Under the pieces are notes generated by a model that saw only the letters and a list, made by a program, of their open reading frames with translations, searched no databases and was not told the DNA's origin. The position numbers and the translations under genes are program-made. Shown in pieces: positions 1 through 13,376 of a stretch of 64,000 nt of DNA (the stretch's first letter is position 1; each line of letters opens with the position of its first letter). The stretch lies in assembly GCA_964057225.1 (NCBI GenBank), contig CAXKVF010000073.1, positions 434,001-498,000 of the forward strand, given 5' to 3'. This stretch comes from Auanema rhodensis. Taxonomy: Eukaryota > Animalia > Nematoda.

Positions 1-30
1 TCTAATTTTGAAAACCGCATCTCTTTATCT

Positions 31-127
31 TTCACGTGAAGCGAGTTACATACCAAGTGCACATCACGTGTACATTTAATTAGCATAAATTAAAGTTCAC
101 GTAAATTTCAAAGTCATGGTTACCATG
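31..127. other. Per-monomer dyad and E-box-like motif cluster (first copy shown): TTCACGTGAA 31-40, GTGCAC 57-62, ATCACGTG 63-70, TGTACA 69-74, TCACGTA 97-103, CATGGT-T-ACCATG 115-127
   Basis: Motifs read directly and present in nearly all monomers; protein binding or secondary structure is not shown by the sequence. Confidence 0.7.
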
Positions 128-3100
128 CACCAATATCAATAAAAATTTGTTTTTAGACTAATATGGACATGGGGAATCTTATTTTGAAAACCGCATCTCT
201 TTATCTTTCACGTGAAGCGAGTTACATACCAAGTGCACATCACGTGTACATTTAATTAGCATAAATCAAAGTTCACGTAAATTTCAAAGTCATGGTTACC
301 ATGAACCAATATCAATAAAAATTTGTTTTTAGACTAATATGGACATGTGGAATCTAATTTTGAAAACCGCATCTCTTTATCTTTCACGTGAAGCGAGTTA
401 CATACCAAGTGCACATCACGTGTACAATTAATTAGCATAAATTAAAGTTCACGTAAATTTCAAAGTCATGGTTACCATGAACCAATATCAATAAAAATTT
501 GTTTTTAGACTAATATGGACATGGGGAATCTAATTTTGAAAACCGCATCTCTTTATCTTTCACGTGAAGCGAGTTACATACCAAGTGCACATCACGTGTA
601 CATTTAATTAGCATAAATTAAAGTTCACGTAAATTTCAAAGTCATGGTTACCATGAACCAATATCAATAAAAATTTGTTTTTAGACTAATATGGACATGG
701 GGAATCTAATTTTGAAAACCGCATCTCTTTATCTTTCACGTGAAGCGAGTTACATACCAAGTGCACATCACGTGTACATTTAATTAGCATAAATCAAAGT
801 TCACGTAAATTTCAAAGTCATGGTTACCATGAACCAATATCAATAAAAATTTGTTTTTAGACTAATATGGACATGGGGAATCTAATTTTGAAAACCGCAT
901 CTCTTTATCTTTCACGTGAAGCGAGTTACATACCAAGTGCACATCACGTGTACAATTAATTAGCATAAATTAAAGTTCACGTAAATTTCAAAGTCATGGT
1001 TACCATGAACCAATATCAATAAAAATTTGTTTTTAGACTAATATGGACATGGGGAATCTAATTTTGAAAACCGCATCTCTTTATCTTTCACGTGAAGCGA
1101 GTTACATACCAAGTGCACATCACGTGTACATTTAATTAGCATAAATTAAAGTTCACGTAAATTTCAAAGTCATGGTTACCATGCACCAATATCAATAAAA
1201 ATTTGTTTTTAGACTAATATGGACATGGGGAATCTTATTTTGAAAACCGCATCTCTTTATCTTTCACGTGAAGCGAGTTACATACCAAGTGCACATCACG
1301 TGTACATTTAATTAGCATAAATCAAAGTTCACGTAAATTTCAAAGTCATGGTTACCATGAACCAATATCAATAAAAATTTGTTTTTAGACTAATATGGAC
1401 ATGGGGAATCTAATTTTGAAAACCGCATCTCTTTATCTTTCACGTGAAGCGAGTTACATACCAAGTGCACATCACGTGTACAATTAATTAGCATAAATTA
1501 AAGTTCACGTAAATTTCAAAGTCATGGTTACCATGAACCAATATCAATAAAAGTTTGTTTTTAGACTAATATGGACATGGGGAATCTAATTTTGAAAACC
1601 GCATCTCTTTATCTTTCAAGTGAAGCGAGTTACATACCAAGTGCACATCACGTGTACATTTAATTAGCATAAATTAAAGTTCACGTAAATTTCAAAGTCA
1701 TGGTTACCATGAACCAATATCAATAAAAATTTGTTTTTAGACTAATATGGACATGGGGAATCTAATTTTGAAAACCGCATCTCTTTATCTTTCACGTGAA
1801 GCGAGTTACATACCAAGTGCACATCACGTGTACATTTAATTAGCATGAATTAAAGTTCACGTAAATTTCAAAGTCATGGTTACCATGAACCAATATCAAT
1901 AAAAATTTGTTTTTAGACTAATATGGACATGGGGAATCTAATTTTGAAAACCGCATCTCTTTATCTTTCACGTGAAGCGAGTTACATACCAAGTGCACAT
2001 CACGTGTACATTTAATTAGCATAAATTAAAGTTCACGTAAATTTCAAAGTCATGGTTACCATGCACCAATATCAATAAAAATTTGTTTTTAGACTAATAT
2101 GGACATGGGGAATCTTATTTTGAAAACCGCATCTCTTTATCTTTCACGTGAAGCGAGTTACATACCAAGTGCACATCACGTGTACATTTAATTAGCATAA
2201 ATCAAAGTTCACGTAAATTTCAAAGTCATGGTTACCATGAACCAATATCAATAAAAATTTGTTTTTAGACTAATATGGACATGGGGAATCTAATTTTGAA
2301 AACCGCATCTCTTTATCTTTCACGTGAAGCGAGTTACATACCAAGTGCACATCACGTGTACAATTAATTAGCATAAATTAAAGTTCACGTAAATTTCAAA
2401 GTCATGGTTACCATGAACCAATATCAATAAAAATTTGTTTTTAGACTAATATGGACATGGGGAATCTAATTTTGAAAACCGCATCTCTTTATCTTTCACG
2501 TGAAGCGAGTTACATACCAAGTGCACATCACGTGTACATTTAATTAGCATAAATTAAAGTTCACGTAAATTTCAAAGTCATGGTTACCATGAACCAATAT
2601 CAATAAAAATTTGTTTTTAGACTAATATGGACATGGGGAATCTAATTTGGAAAACCGCATCTCTTTATCTTTCACGTGAAGCGAGTTACATACCAAGTGC
2701 ACATCACGTGTACATTTAATTAGCATAAATTAAAGTTCACGTAAATTTCAAAGTCATGGTTACCATGCACCAATATCAATAAAAATTTGTTTTTAGACTA
2801 ATATGGACATGGGGAATCTAATTTTGAAAACCGCATCTCTTTATCTTTCACGTGAAGCGAGTTACATACCAAGTGCACATCACGTGTACATTTAATTAGC
2901 ATAAATTAAAGTTCACGTAAATTTCAAAGTCATGGTTACCATGAACCAATATCAATAAAAATTTGTTTTTAGACTAATATGGACATGGGGAATCTAATTT
3001 TGAAAACCGCATCTCTTTATCTTTCACGTGAAGCGAGTTACATACCAAGTGCACATCACGTGTACATTTAATTAGCATAAATTAAAGTTCACGTAAATTT

Positions 3101-4400
3101 CAAAGTCATGGTTACCATGAACCAATATCAATAAAAATTTGTTTTTAGACTAATATGGACATGGGGAATGTAATTTGGAAAACCGCATCTCTTTATCTTT
3201 CACGTGAAGCGAGTTACATACCAAGTGCACATCACGTGTACATTTAATTAGCATAAATTAAAGTTCACGTAAATTTCAAAGTCATGGTTACCATGCACCA
3301 ATATCAATAAAAATTTGTTTTTAGACTAATATGGACATGGGGAATCTAATTTTGAAAACCGCATCTCTTTATCTTTCACGTGAAGCGAGTTACATACCAA
3401 GTGCACATCACGTGTACATTTAATTAGCATAAATTAAAGTTCACGTAAATTTCAAAGTCATGGTTACCATGCACCAATATCAATAAAAATTTGTTTTTAG
3501 ACTAATATGGACATGGGGAATCTTATTTTGAAAACCGCATCTCTTTATCTTTCACGTGAAGCGAGTTACATACCAAGTGCACATCACGTGTACATTTAAT
3601 TAGCATAAATCAAAGTTCACGTAAATTTCAAAGTCATGGTTACCATGAACCAATATCAATAAAAATTTGTTTTTAGACTAATATGGACATGGGGAATCTA
3701 ATTTTGAAAACCGCATCTCTTTATCTTTCACGTGAAGCGAGTTACATACCAAGTGCACATCACGTGTACAATTAATTAGCATAAATTAAAGTTCACGTAA
3801 ATTTCAAAGTCATGGTTACCATGAACCAATATCAATAAAAATTTGTTTTTAGACTAATATGGACATGGGGAATCTAATTTTGAAAACCGCATCTCTTTAT
3901 CTTTCACGTGAAGCGAGTTACATACCAAGTGCACATCACGTGTACATTTAATTAGCATAAATTAAAGTTCACGTAAATTTCAAAGTCATGGTTACCATGA
4001 ACCAATATCAATAAAAATTTGTTTTTAGACTAATATGGAAATGGGGAATCTAATTTTGAAAACCGCATCTCTTTATCTTTCACGTGAAGCGAGTTACATA
4101 CCAAGTGCACATCACGTGTACATTTAATTAGCATAAATCAAAGTTCACGTAAATTTCAAAGTCATGGTTACCATGAACCAATATCAATAAAAATTTGTTT
4201 TTAGACTAATATGGACATGGGGAATCTAATTTTGAAAACCGCATCTCTTTATCTTTCACGTGAAGCGAGTTACATACCAAGTGCACATCACGTGTACAAT
4301 TAATTAGCATAAATTAAAGTTCACGTAAATTTCAAAGTCATGGTTACCATGCACCAATATCAATAAAAATTTGTTTTTAGACTAATATGGACATGGGGAA

Positions 4401-7040
4401 TCTTATTTTGAAAACCGCATCTCTTTATCTTTCACGTGAAGCGAGTTACATACCAAGTGCACATCACGTGTACATTTAATTAGCATAAATCAAAGTTCAC
4501 GTAAATTTCAAAGTCATGGTTACCATGAACCAATATCAATAAAAATTTGTTTTTAGACTAATATGGACATGGGGAATCTAATTTTGAAAACCGCATCTCT
4601 TTATCTTTCACGTGAAGCGAGTTACATACCAAGTGCACATCACGTGTACAATTAATTAGCATAAATTAAAGTTCACGTAAATTTCAAAGTCATGGTTACC
4701 ATGAACCAATATCAATAAAAATTTGTTTTTAGACTAATATGGACATGGGGAATCTAATTTTGAAAACCGCATCTCTTTATCTTTCACGTGAAGCGAGTTA
4801 CATACCAAGTGCACATCACGTGTACATTTAATTAGCATAAATTAAAGTTCACGTAAATTTCAAAGTCATGGTTACCATGAACCAATATCAATAAAAATTT
4901 GTTTTTAGACTAATATGGAAATGGGGAATCTAATTTTGAAAACCGCATCTCTTTATCTTTCACGTGAAGCGAGTTACATACCAAGTGCACATCACGTGTA
5001 CATTTAATTAGCATAAATCAAAGTTCACGTAAATTTCAAAGTCATGGTTACCATGAACCAATATCAATAAAAATTTGTTTTTAGACTAATATGGACATGG
5101 GGAATCTAATTTTGAAAACCGCATCTCTTTATCTTTCACGTGAAGCGAGTTACATACCAAGTGCACATCACGTGTACAATTAATTAGCATAAATTAAAGT
5201 TCACGTAAATTTCAAAGTCATGGTTACCATGAACCAATATCAATAAAAATTTGTTTTTAGACTAATATGGAAATGGGGAATCTAATTTTGAAAACCGCAT
5301 CTCTTTATCTTTCACGTGAAGCGAGTTACATACCAAGTGCACATCACGTGTACATTTAATTAGCATAAATCAAAGTTCACGTAAATTTCAAAGTCATGGT
5401 TACCATGAACCAATATCAATAAAAATTTGTTTTTAGACTAATATGGACATGGGGAATCTAATTTTGAAAACCGCATCTCTTTATCTTTCACGTGAAGCGA
5501 GTTACATACCAAGTGCACATCACGTGTACAATTAATTAGCATAAATTAAAGTTCACGTAAATTTCAAAGTCATGGTTACCATGAACCAATATCAATAAAA
5601 ATTTGTTTTTAGACTAATATGGACATGGGGAATCTTATTTTGAAAACCGCATCTCTTTATCTTTCACGTGAAGCGAGTTACATACCAAGTGCACATCACG
5701 TGTACAATTAATTAGCATAAATTAAAGTTCACGTAAATTTCAAAGTCATGGTTACCATGAACCAATATCAATAAAAATTTGTTTTTAGACTAATATGGAC
5801 ATGGGGAATCTTATTTTGAAAACCGCATCTCTTTATCTTTCACGTGAAGCGAGTTACATACCAAGTGCACATCACGTGTACATTTAATTAGCATAAATCA
5901 AAGTTCACGTAAATTTCAAAGTCATGGTTACCATGAACCAATATCAATAAAAATTTGTTTTTAGACTAATATGGACATGGGGAATCTAATTTTGAAAACC
6001 GCATCTCTTTATCTTTCACGTGAAGCGAGTTACATACCAAGTGCACATCACGTGTACAATTAATTAGCATAAATTAAAGTTCACGTAAATTTCAAAGTCA
6101 TGGTTACCATGAACCAATATCAATAAAAATTTGTTTTTAGACTAATATGGACATGGGGAATCTAATTTTGAAAACCGCATCTCTTTATCTTTCACGTGAA
6201 GCGAGTTACATACCAAGTGCACATCACGTGTACATTTAATTAGCATAAATTAAAGTTCACGTAAATTTCAAAGTCATGGTTACCATGAACCAATATCAAT
6301 AAAAATTTGTTTTTAGACTAATATGGAAATGGGGAATCTAATTTTGAAAACCGCATCTCTTTATCTTTCACGTGAAGCGAGTTACATACCAAGTGCACAT
6401 CACGTGTACATTTAATTAGCATAAATCAAAGTTCACGTAAATTTCAAAGTCATGGTTACCATGAACCAATATCAATAAAAATTTGTTTTTAGACTAATAT
6501 GGACATGGGGAATCTAATTTTGAAAACCGCATCTCTTTATCTTTCACGTGAAGCGAGTTACATACCAAGTGCACATCACGTGTACAATTAATTAGCATAA
6601 ATTAAAGTTCACGTAAATTTCAAAGTCATGGTTACCATGAACCAATATCAATAAAAATTTGTTTTTAGACTAATATGGAAATGGGGAATCTAATTTTGAA
6701 AACCGCATCTCTTTATCTTTCACGTGAAGCGAGTTACATACCAAGTGCACATCACGTGTACATTTAATTAGCATAAATCAAAGTTCACGTAAATTTCAAA
6801 GTCATGGTTACCATGAACCAATATCAATAAAAATTTGTTTTTAGACTAATATGGACATGGGGAATCTAATTTTGAAAACCGCATCTCTTTATCTTTCACG
6901 TGAAGCGAGTTACATACCAAGTGCACATCACGTGTACAATTAATTAGCATAAATTAAAGTTCACGTAAATTTCAAAGTCATGGTTACCATGAACCAATAT
7001 CAATAAAAATTTGTTTTTAGACTAATATGGACATGGGGAA
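4401..7040. repeat. Local duplication with 8-monomer (1408-bp) offset: M26-M32 repeated as M34-M40
   Basis: Same variant order (T4+C91, A75, A168, C91, A75+A168, C91, A75); A168 (TATGGAAATGG) at 4920/5272 and 6328/6680. Confidence 0.82.
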
Positions 7041-10000
7041 TCTAATTTTGAAAACCGCATCTCTTTATCTTTCACGTGAAGCGAGTTACATACCAAGTGC
7101 ACATCACGTGTACATTTAATTAGCATAAATTAAAGTTCACGTAAATTTCAAAGTCATGGTTACCATGAACCAATATCAATAAAAATTTGTTTTTAGACTA
7201 ATATGGACATGGGGAATCTAATTTTGAAAACCGCATCTCTTTATCTTTCACGTGAAGCGAGTTACATACCAAGTGCACATCACGTGTACATTTAATTAGC
7301 ATAAATTAAAGTTCACGTAAATTTCAAAGTCATGGTTACCATGCACCAATATCAATAAAAATTTGTTTTTAGACTAATATGGACATGGGGAATCTAATTT
7401 TGAAAACCGCATCTCTTTATCTTTCACGTGAAGCGAGTTACATACCAAGTGCACATCACGTGTACATTTAATTAGCATAAATTAAAGTTCACGTAAATTT
7501 CAAAGTCATGGTTACCATGCACCAATATCAATAAAAATTTGTTTTTAGACTAATATGGACATGGGGAATCTTATTTTGAAAACCGCATCTCTTTATCTTT
7601 CACGTGAAGCGAGTTACATACCAAGTGCACATCACGTGTACATTTAATTAGCATAAATCAAAGTTCACGTAAATTTCAAAGTCATGGTTACCATGAACCA
7701 ATATCAATAAAAATTTGTTTTTAGACTAATATGGACATGGGGAATCTAATTTTGAAAACCGCATCTCTTTATCTTTCACGTGAAGCGAGTTACATACCAA
7801 GTGCACATCACGTGTACAATTAATTAGCATAAATTAAAGTTCACGTAAATTTCAAAGTCATGGTTACCATGAACCAATATCAATAAAAATTTGTTTTTAG
7901 ACTAATATGGACATGGGGAATCTAATTTTGAAAACCGCATCTCTTTATCTTTCACGTGAAGCGAGTTACATACCAAGTGCACATCACGTGTACAATTAAT
8001 TAGCATAAATTAAAGTTCACGTAAATTTCAAAGTCATGGTTACCATGAACCAATATCAATAAAAATTTGTTTTTAGACTAATATGGACATGGGGAATCTA
8101 ATTTTGAAAACCGCATCTCTTTATCTTTCACGTGAAGCGAGTTACATACCAAGTGCACATCACGTGTACATTTAATTAGCATAAATTAAAGTTCACGTAA
8201 ATTTCAAAGTCATGGTTACCATGAACCAATATCAATAAAAATTTGTTTTTAGACTAATATGGACATGGGGAATCTAATTTTGAAAACCGAATCTCTTTAT
8301 CTTTCACGTGAAGCGAGTTACATACCAAGTGCACATCACGTGTACATTTAATTAGCATAAATTAAAGTTCACGTAAATTTCAAAGTCATGGTTACCATGC
8401 ACCAATATCAATAAAAATTTGTTTTTAGACTAATATGGACATGGGGAATCTAATTTTGAAAACCGCATCTCTTTATCTTTCACGTGAAGCGAGTTACATA
8501 CCAAGTGCACATCACGTGTACATTTAATTAGCATAAATTAAAGTTCACGTAAATTTCAAAGTCATGGTTACCATGCACCAATATCAATAAAAATTTGTTT
8601 TTAGACTAATATGGACATGGGGAATCTTATTTTGAAAACCGAATCTCTTTATCTTTCACGTGAAGCGAGTTACATACCAAGTGCACATCACGTGTACATT
8701 TAATTAGCATAAATCAAAGTTCACGTAAATTTCAAAGTCATGGTTACCATGAACCAATATCAATAAAAATTTGTTTTTAGACTAATATGGACATGGGGAA
8801 TCTAATTTTGAAAACCGCATCTCTTTATCTTTCACGTGAAGCGAGTTACATACCAAGTGCACATCACGTGTACATTTAATTAGCATGAATTAAAGTTCAC
8901 GTAAATTTCAAAGTCATGGTTACCATGAACCAATATCAATAAAAATTTGTTTTTAGACTAATATGGACATGGGGAATCTAATTTTGAAAACCGCATCTCT
9001 TTATCTTTCACGTGAAGCGAGTTACATACCAAGTGCACATCACGTGTACATTTAATTAGCATAAATTAAAGTTCACGTAAATTTCAAAGTCATGGTTACC
9101 ATGCACCAATATCAATAAAAATTTGTTTTTAGACTAATATGGACATGGGGAATCTTATTTTGAAAACCGCATCTCTTTATCTTTCACGTGAAGCGAGTTA
9201 CATACCAAGTGCACATCACGTGTACATTTAATTAGCATAAATCAAAGTTCACGTAAATTTCAAAGTCATGGTTACCATGAACCAATATCAATAAAAATTT
9301 GTTTTTAGACTAATATGGACATGGGGAATCTAATTTTGAAAACTGCATCTCTTTATCTTTCACGTGAAGCGAGTTACATACCAAGTGCACATCACGTGTA
9401 CAATTAATTAGCATAAATTAAAGTTCACGTAAATTTCAAAGTCATGGTTACCATGAACCAATATCAATAAAAATTTCTTTTTAGACTAATATGGACATGG
9501 GGAATCTAATTTTGAAAACCGCATCTCTTTATCTTTCACGTGAAGCGAGTTACATACCAAGTGCACATCACGTGTACATTTAATTAGCATAAATTAAAGT
9601 TCACGTAAATTTCAAAGTCATGGTTACCATGAACCAATATCAATAAAAATTTGTTTTTAGACTAATATGGACATGGGGAATCTAATTTTGAAAACCGCAT
9701 CTCTTTATCTTTCACGTGAAGCGAGTTACATACCAAGTGCACATCACGTGTACATTTAATTAGCATAAATTAAAGTTCACGTAAATTTCAAAGTCATGGT
9801 TACCATGCACCAATATCAATAAAAATTTGTTTTTAGACTAATATGGACATGGGGAATCTTATTTTGAAAACCGCATCTCTTTATCTTTCACGTGAAGCGA
9901 GTTACATACCAAGTGCACATCACGTGTACATTTAATTAGCATAAATCAAAGTTCACGTAAATTTCAAAGTCATGGTTACCATGAACCAATATCAATAAAA

Positions 10001-10912
10001 ATTTGTTTTTAGACTAATATGGACATGGGGAATCTAATTTTGAAAACCGCATCTCTTTATCTTTCACGTGAAGCGAGTTACATACCAAGTGCACATCACG
10101 TGTACAATTAATTAGCATAAATTAAAGTTCACGTAAATTTCAAAGTCATGGTTACCATGAACCAATATCAATAAAAATTTGTTTTTAGACTAATATGGAC
10201 ATGGGGAATCTAATTTTGAAAACCGCATCTCTTTATCTTTCACGTGAAGCGAGTTACATACCAAGTGCACATCACGTGTACATTTAATTAGCATAAATTA
10301 AAGTTCACGTAAATTTCAAAGTCATGGTTACCATGAACCAATATCAATAAAAATTTGTTTTTAGACTAATATGGACATGGGGAATCTAATTTTGAAAACC
10401 GCATCTCTTTATCTTTCACGTGAAGCGAGTTACATACCAAGTGCACATCACGTGTACATTTAATTAGCATAAATTAAAGTTCACGTAAATTTCAAAGTCA
10501 TGGTTACCATGCACCAATATCAATAAAAATTTGTTTTTAGACTAATATGGACATGGGGAATCTAATTTTGAAAACCGCATCTCTTTATCTTTCACGTGAA
10601 GCGAGTTACATACCAAGTGCACATCACGTGTACATTTAATTAGCATAAATTAAAGTTCACGTAAATTTCAAAGTCATGGTTACCATGAACCAATATCAAT
10701 AAAAATTTGTTTTTAGACTAATATGGACATGGGGAATCTAATTTTGAAAACCGCATCTCTTTATCTTTCACGTGAAGCGAGTTACATACCAAGTGCACAT
10801 CACGTGTACATTTAATTAGCATAAATTAAAGTTCACGTAAATTTCAAAGTCATGGTTACCATGCACCAATATCAATAAAAATTTGTTTTTAGACTAATAT
10901 GGACATGGGGAA

Positions 10913-13376
10913 TCTAATTTTGAAAACCGCATCTCTTTATCTTTCACGTGAAGCGAGTTACATACCAAGTGCACATCACGTGTACATTTAATTAGCATAA
11001 ATTAAAGTTCACGTAAATTTCAAAGTCATGGTTACCATGCACCAATATCAATAAAAATTTGTTTTTAGACTAATATGGACATGGGGAATCTTATTTTGAA
11101 AACCGCATCTCTTTATCTTTCACGTGAAGCGAGTTACATACCAAGTGCACATCACGTGTACATTTAATTAGCATAAATCAAAGTTCACGTAAATTTCAAA
11201 GTCATGGTTACCATGAACCAATATCAATAAAAATTTGTTTTTAGACTAATATGGACATGGGGAATCTAATTTTGAAAACCGCATCTCTTTATCTTTCACG
11301 TGAAGCGAGTTACATACCAAGTGCACATCACGTGTACAATTAATTAGCATAAATTAAAGTTCACGTAAATTTCAAAGTCATGGTTACCATGAACCAATAT
11401 CAATAAAAATTTGTTTTTAGACTAATATGGACATGGGGAATCTAATTTTGAAAACCGCATCTCTTTATCTTTCACGTGAAGCGAGTTACATACCAAGTGC
11501 ACATCACGTGTACATTTAATTAGCATAAATTAAAGTTCACGTAAATTTCAAAGTCATGGTTACCATGAACCAATATCAATAAAAATTTGTTTTTAGACTA
11601 ATATGGACATGGGGAATCTAATTTTGAAAACCGCATCTCTTTATCTTTCACGTGAAGCGAGTTACATACCAAGTGCACATCACGTGTACATTTAATTAGC
11701 ATAAATCAAAGTTCACGTAAATTTCAAAGTCATGGTTACCATGCACCAATATCAATAAAAATTTGTTTTTAGACTAATATGGACATGGGGAATCTAATTT
11801 TGAAAACCACATCTCTTTATCTTTCACGTGAAGCGAGTTACATACCAAGTGCACATCACGTGTACATTTAATTAGCATAAATTAAAGTTCACGTAAATTT
11901 CAAAGTCATGGTTACCATGCACCAATATCAATAAAAATTTGTTTTTAGACTAATATGGACATGGGGAATCTTATTTTGAAAACCGCATCTCTTTATCTTT
12001 CACGTGAAGCGAGTTACATACCAAGTGCACATCACGTGTACATTTAATTAGCATAAATTAAAGTTCACGTAAATTTCAAAGTCATGGTTACCATGCACCA
12101 ATATCAATAAAAATTTGTTTTTAGACTAATATGGACATGGGGAATCTAATTTTGAAAACCGCATCTCTTTATCTTTCACGTGAAGCGAGTTACATACCAA
12201 GTGCACATCACGTGTACATTTAATTAGCATAAATTAAAGTTCACGTAAATTTCAAAGTCATGGTTACCATGCACCAATATCAATAAAAATTTGTTTTTAG
12301 ACTAATATGGACATGGGGAATCTTATTTTGAAAACCGCATCTCTTTATCTTTCACGTGAAGCGAGTTACATACCAAGTGCACATCACGTGTACATTTAAT
12401 TAGCATAAATCAAAGTTCACGTAAATTTCAAAGTCATGGTTACCATGAACCAATATCAATAAAAATTTGTTTTTAGACTAATATGGACATGGGGAATCTA
12501 ATTTTGAAAACCGCATCTCTTTATCTTTCACGTGAAGCGAGTTACATACCAAGTGCACATCACGTGTACAATTAATTAGCATAAATTAAAGTTCACGTAA
12601 ATTTCAAAGTCATGGTTACCATGAACCAATATCAATAAAAATTTGTTTTTAGACTAATATGGACATGGGGAATCTAATTTTGAAAACCGCATCTCTTTAT
12701 CTTTCACGTGAAGCGAGTTACATACCAAGTGCACATCACGTGTACATTTAATTAGCATAAATTAAAGTTCACGTAAATTTCAAAGTCATGGTTACCATGA
12801 ACCAATATCAATAAAAATTTGTTTTTAGACTAATATGGACATGGGGAATCTAATTTTGAAAACCGCATCTCTTTATCTTTCACGTGAAGCGAGTTACATA
12901 CCAAGTGCACATCACGTGTACATTTAATTAGCATAAATCAAAGTTCACGTAAATTTCAAAGTCATGGTTACCATGCACCAATATCAATAAAAATTTGTTT
13001 TTAGACTAATATGGACATGGGGAATCTAATTTTGAAAACCACATCTCTTTATCTTTCACGTGAAGCGAGTTAAATACCAAGTGCACATCACGTGTACATT
13101 TAATTAGCATAAATTAAAGTTCACGTAAATTTCAAAGTCATGGTTACCATGCACCAATATCAATAAAAATTTGTTTTTAGACTAATATGGACATGGGGAA
13201 TCTTATTTTGAAAACCGCATCTCTTTATCTTTCACGTGAAGCGAGTTACATACCAAGTGCACATCACGTGTACATTTAATTAGCATAAATTAAAGTTCAC
13301 GTAAATTTCAAAGTCATGGTTACCATGCACCAATATCAATAAAAATTTGTTTTTAGACTAATATGGACATGGGGAA
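10913..13376. repeat. Tandem 7-mer duplication (2 x 1232 bp): M63-M69 and M70-M76
   Basis: Identical variant order; rare A17 (AAACCACATC) at 11809 and 13041; second copy has one extra private change (A49, GTTAAATACC). Confidence 0.87.

Larger units (their letters stand above)
1..13376. repeat. Array domain A (M1-M76): subfamily marked by T4, C91 and A75, with a loose 3-4 monomer pattern
   Basis: Recurring order C128 monomer, then T4+C91 monomer, then A75 monomer (M1-3, M7-9, M12-14, M20-22, M43-45, M52-54, M56-58, M63-65, M70-72). C91 (GCATAAATCAAAG) last seen at 12939 and not afterwards. Confidence 0.88.

Noticed and set aside
63-70. Budding-yeast point centromere
   Set aside because: The CDEI-like 8-mer is not followed by a >90% AT CDEII and a CDEIII, and point centromeres are not tandem arrays.
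136-145. AATAAA polyadenylation signal in each monomer
   Set aside because: Expected by chance in AT-rich DNA, frequently mutated (G141), and no transcription unit is evident.
171-174. G-quadruplex or telomeric repeat
   Set aside because: Only one G4 run per 176 bp and no short telomere-type unit.
1-176. Identity with similar-sized known satellites (Brassica CentBr 176 bp, Arabidopsis CEN178, Trypanosoma brucei 177 bp, primate alpha satellite 171 bp)
   Set aside because: Only the length is similar; the sequence does not match those consensuses as I recall them, and I see no CENP-B box. Not verified by search.
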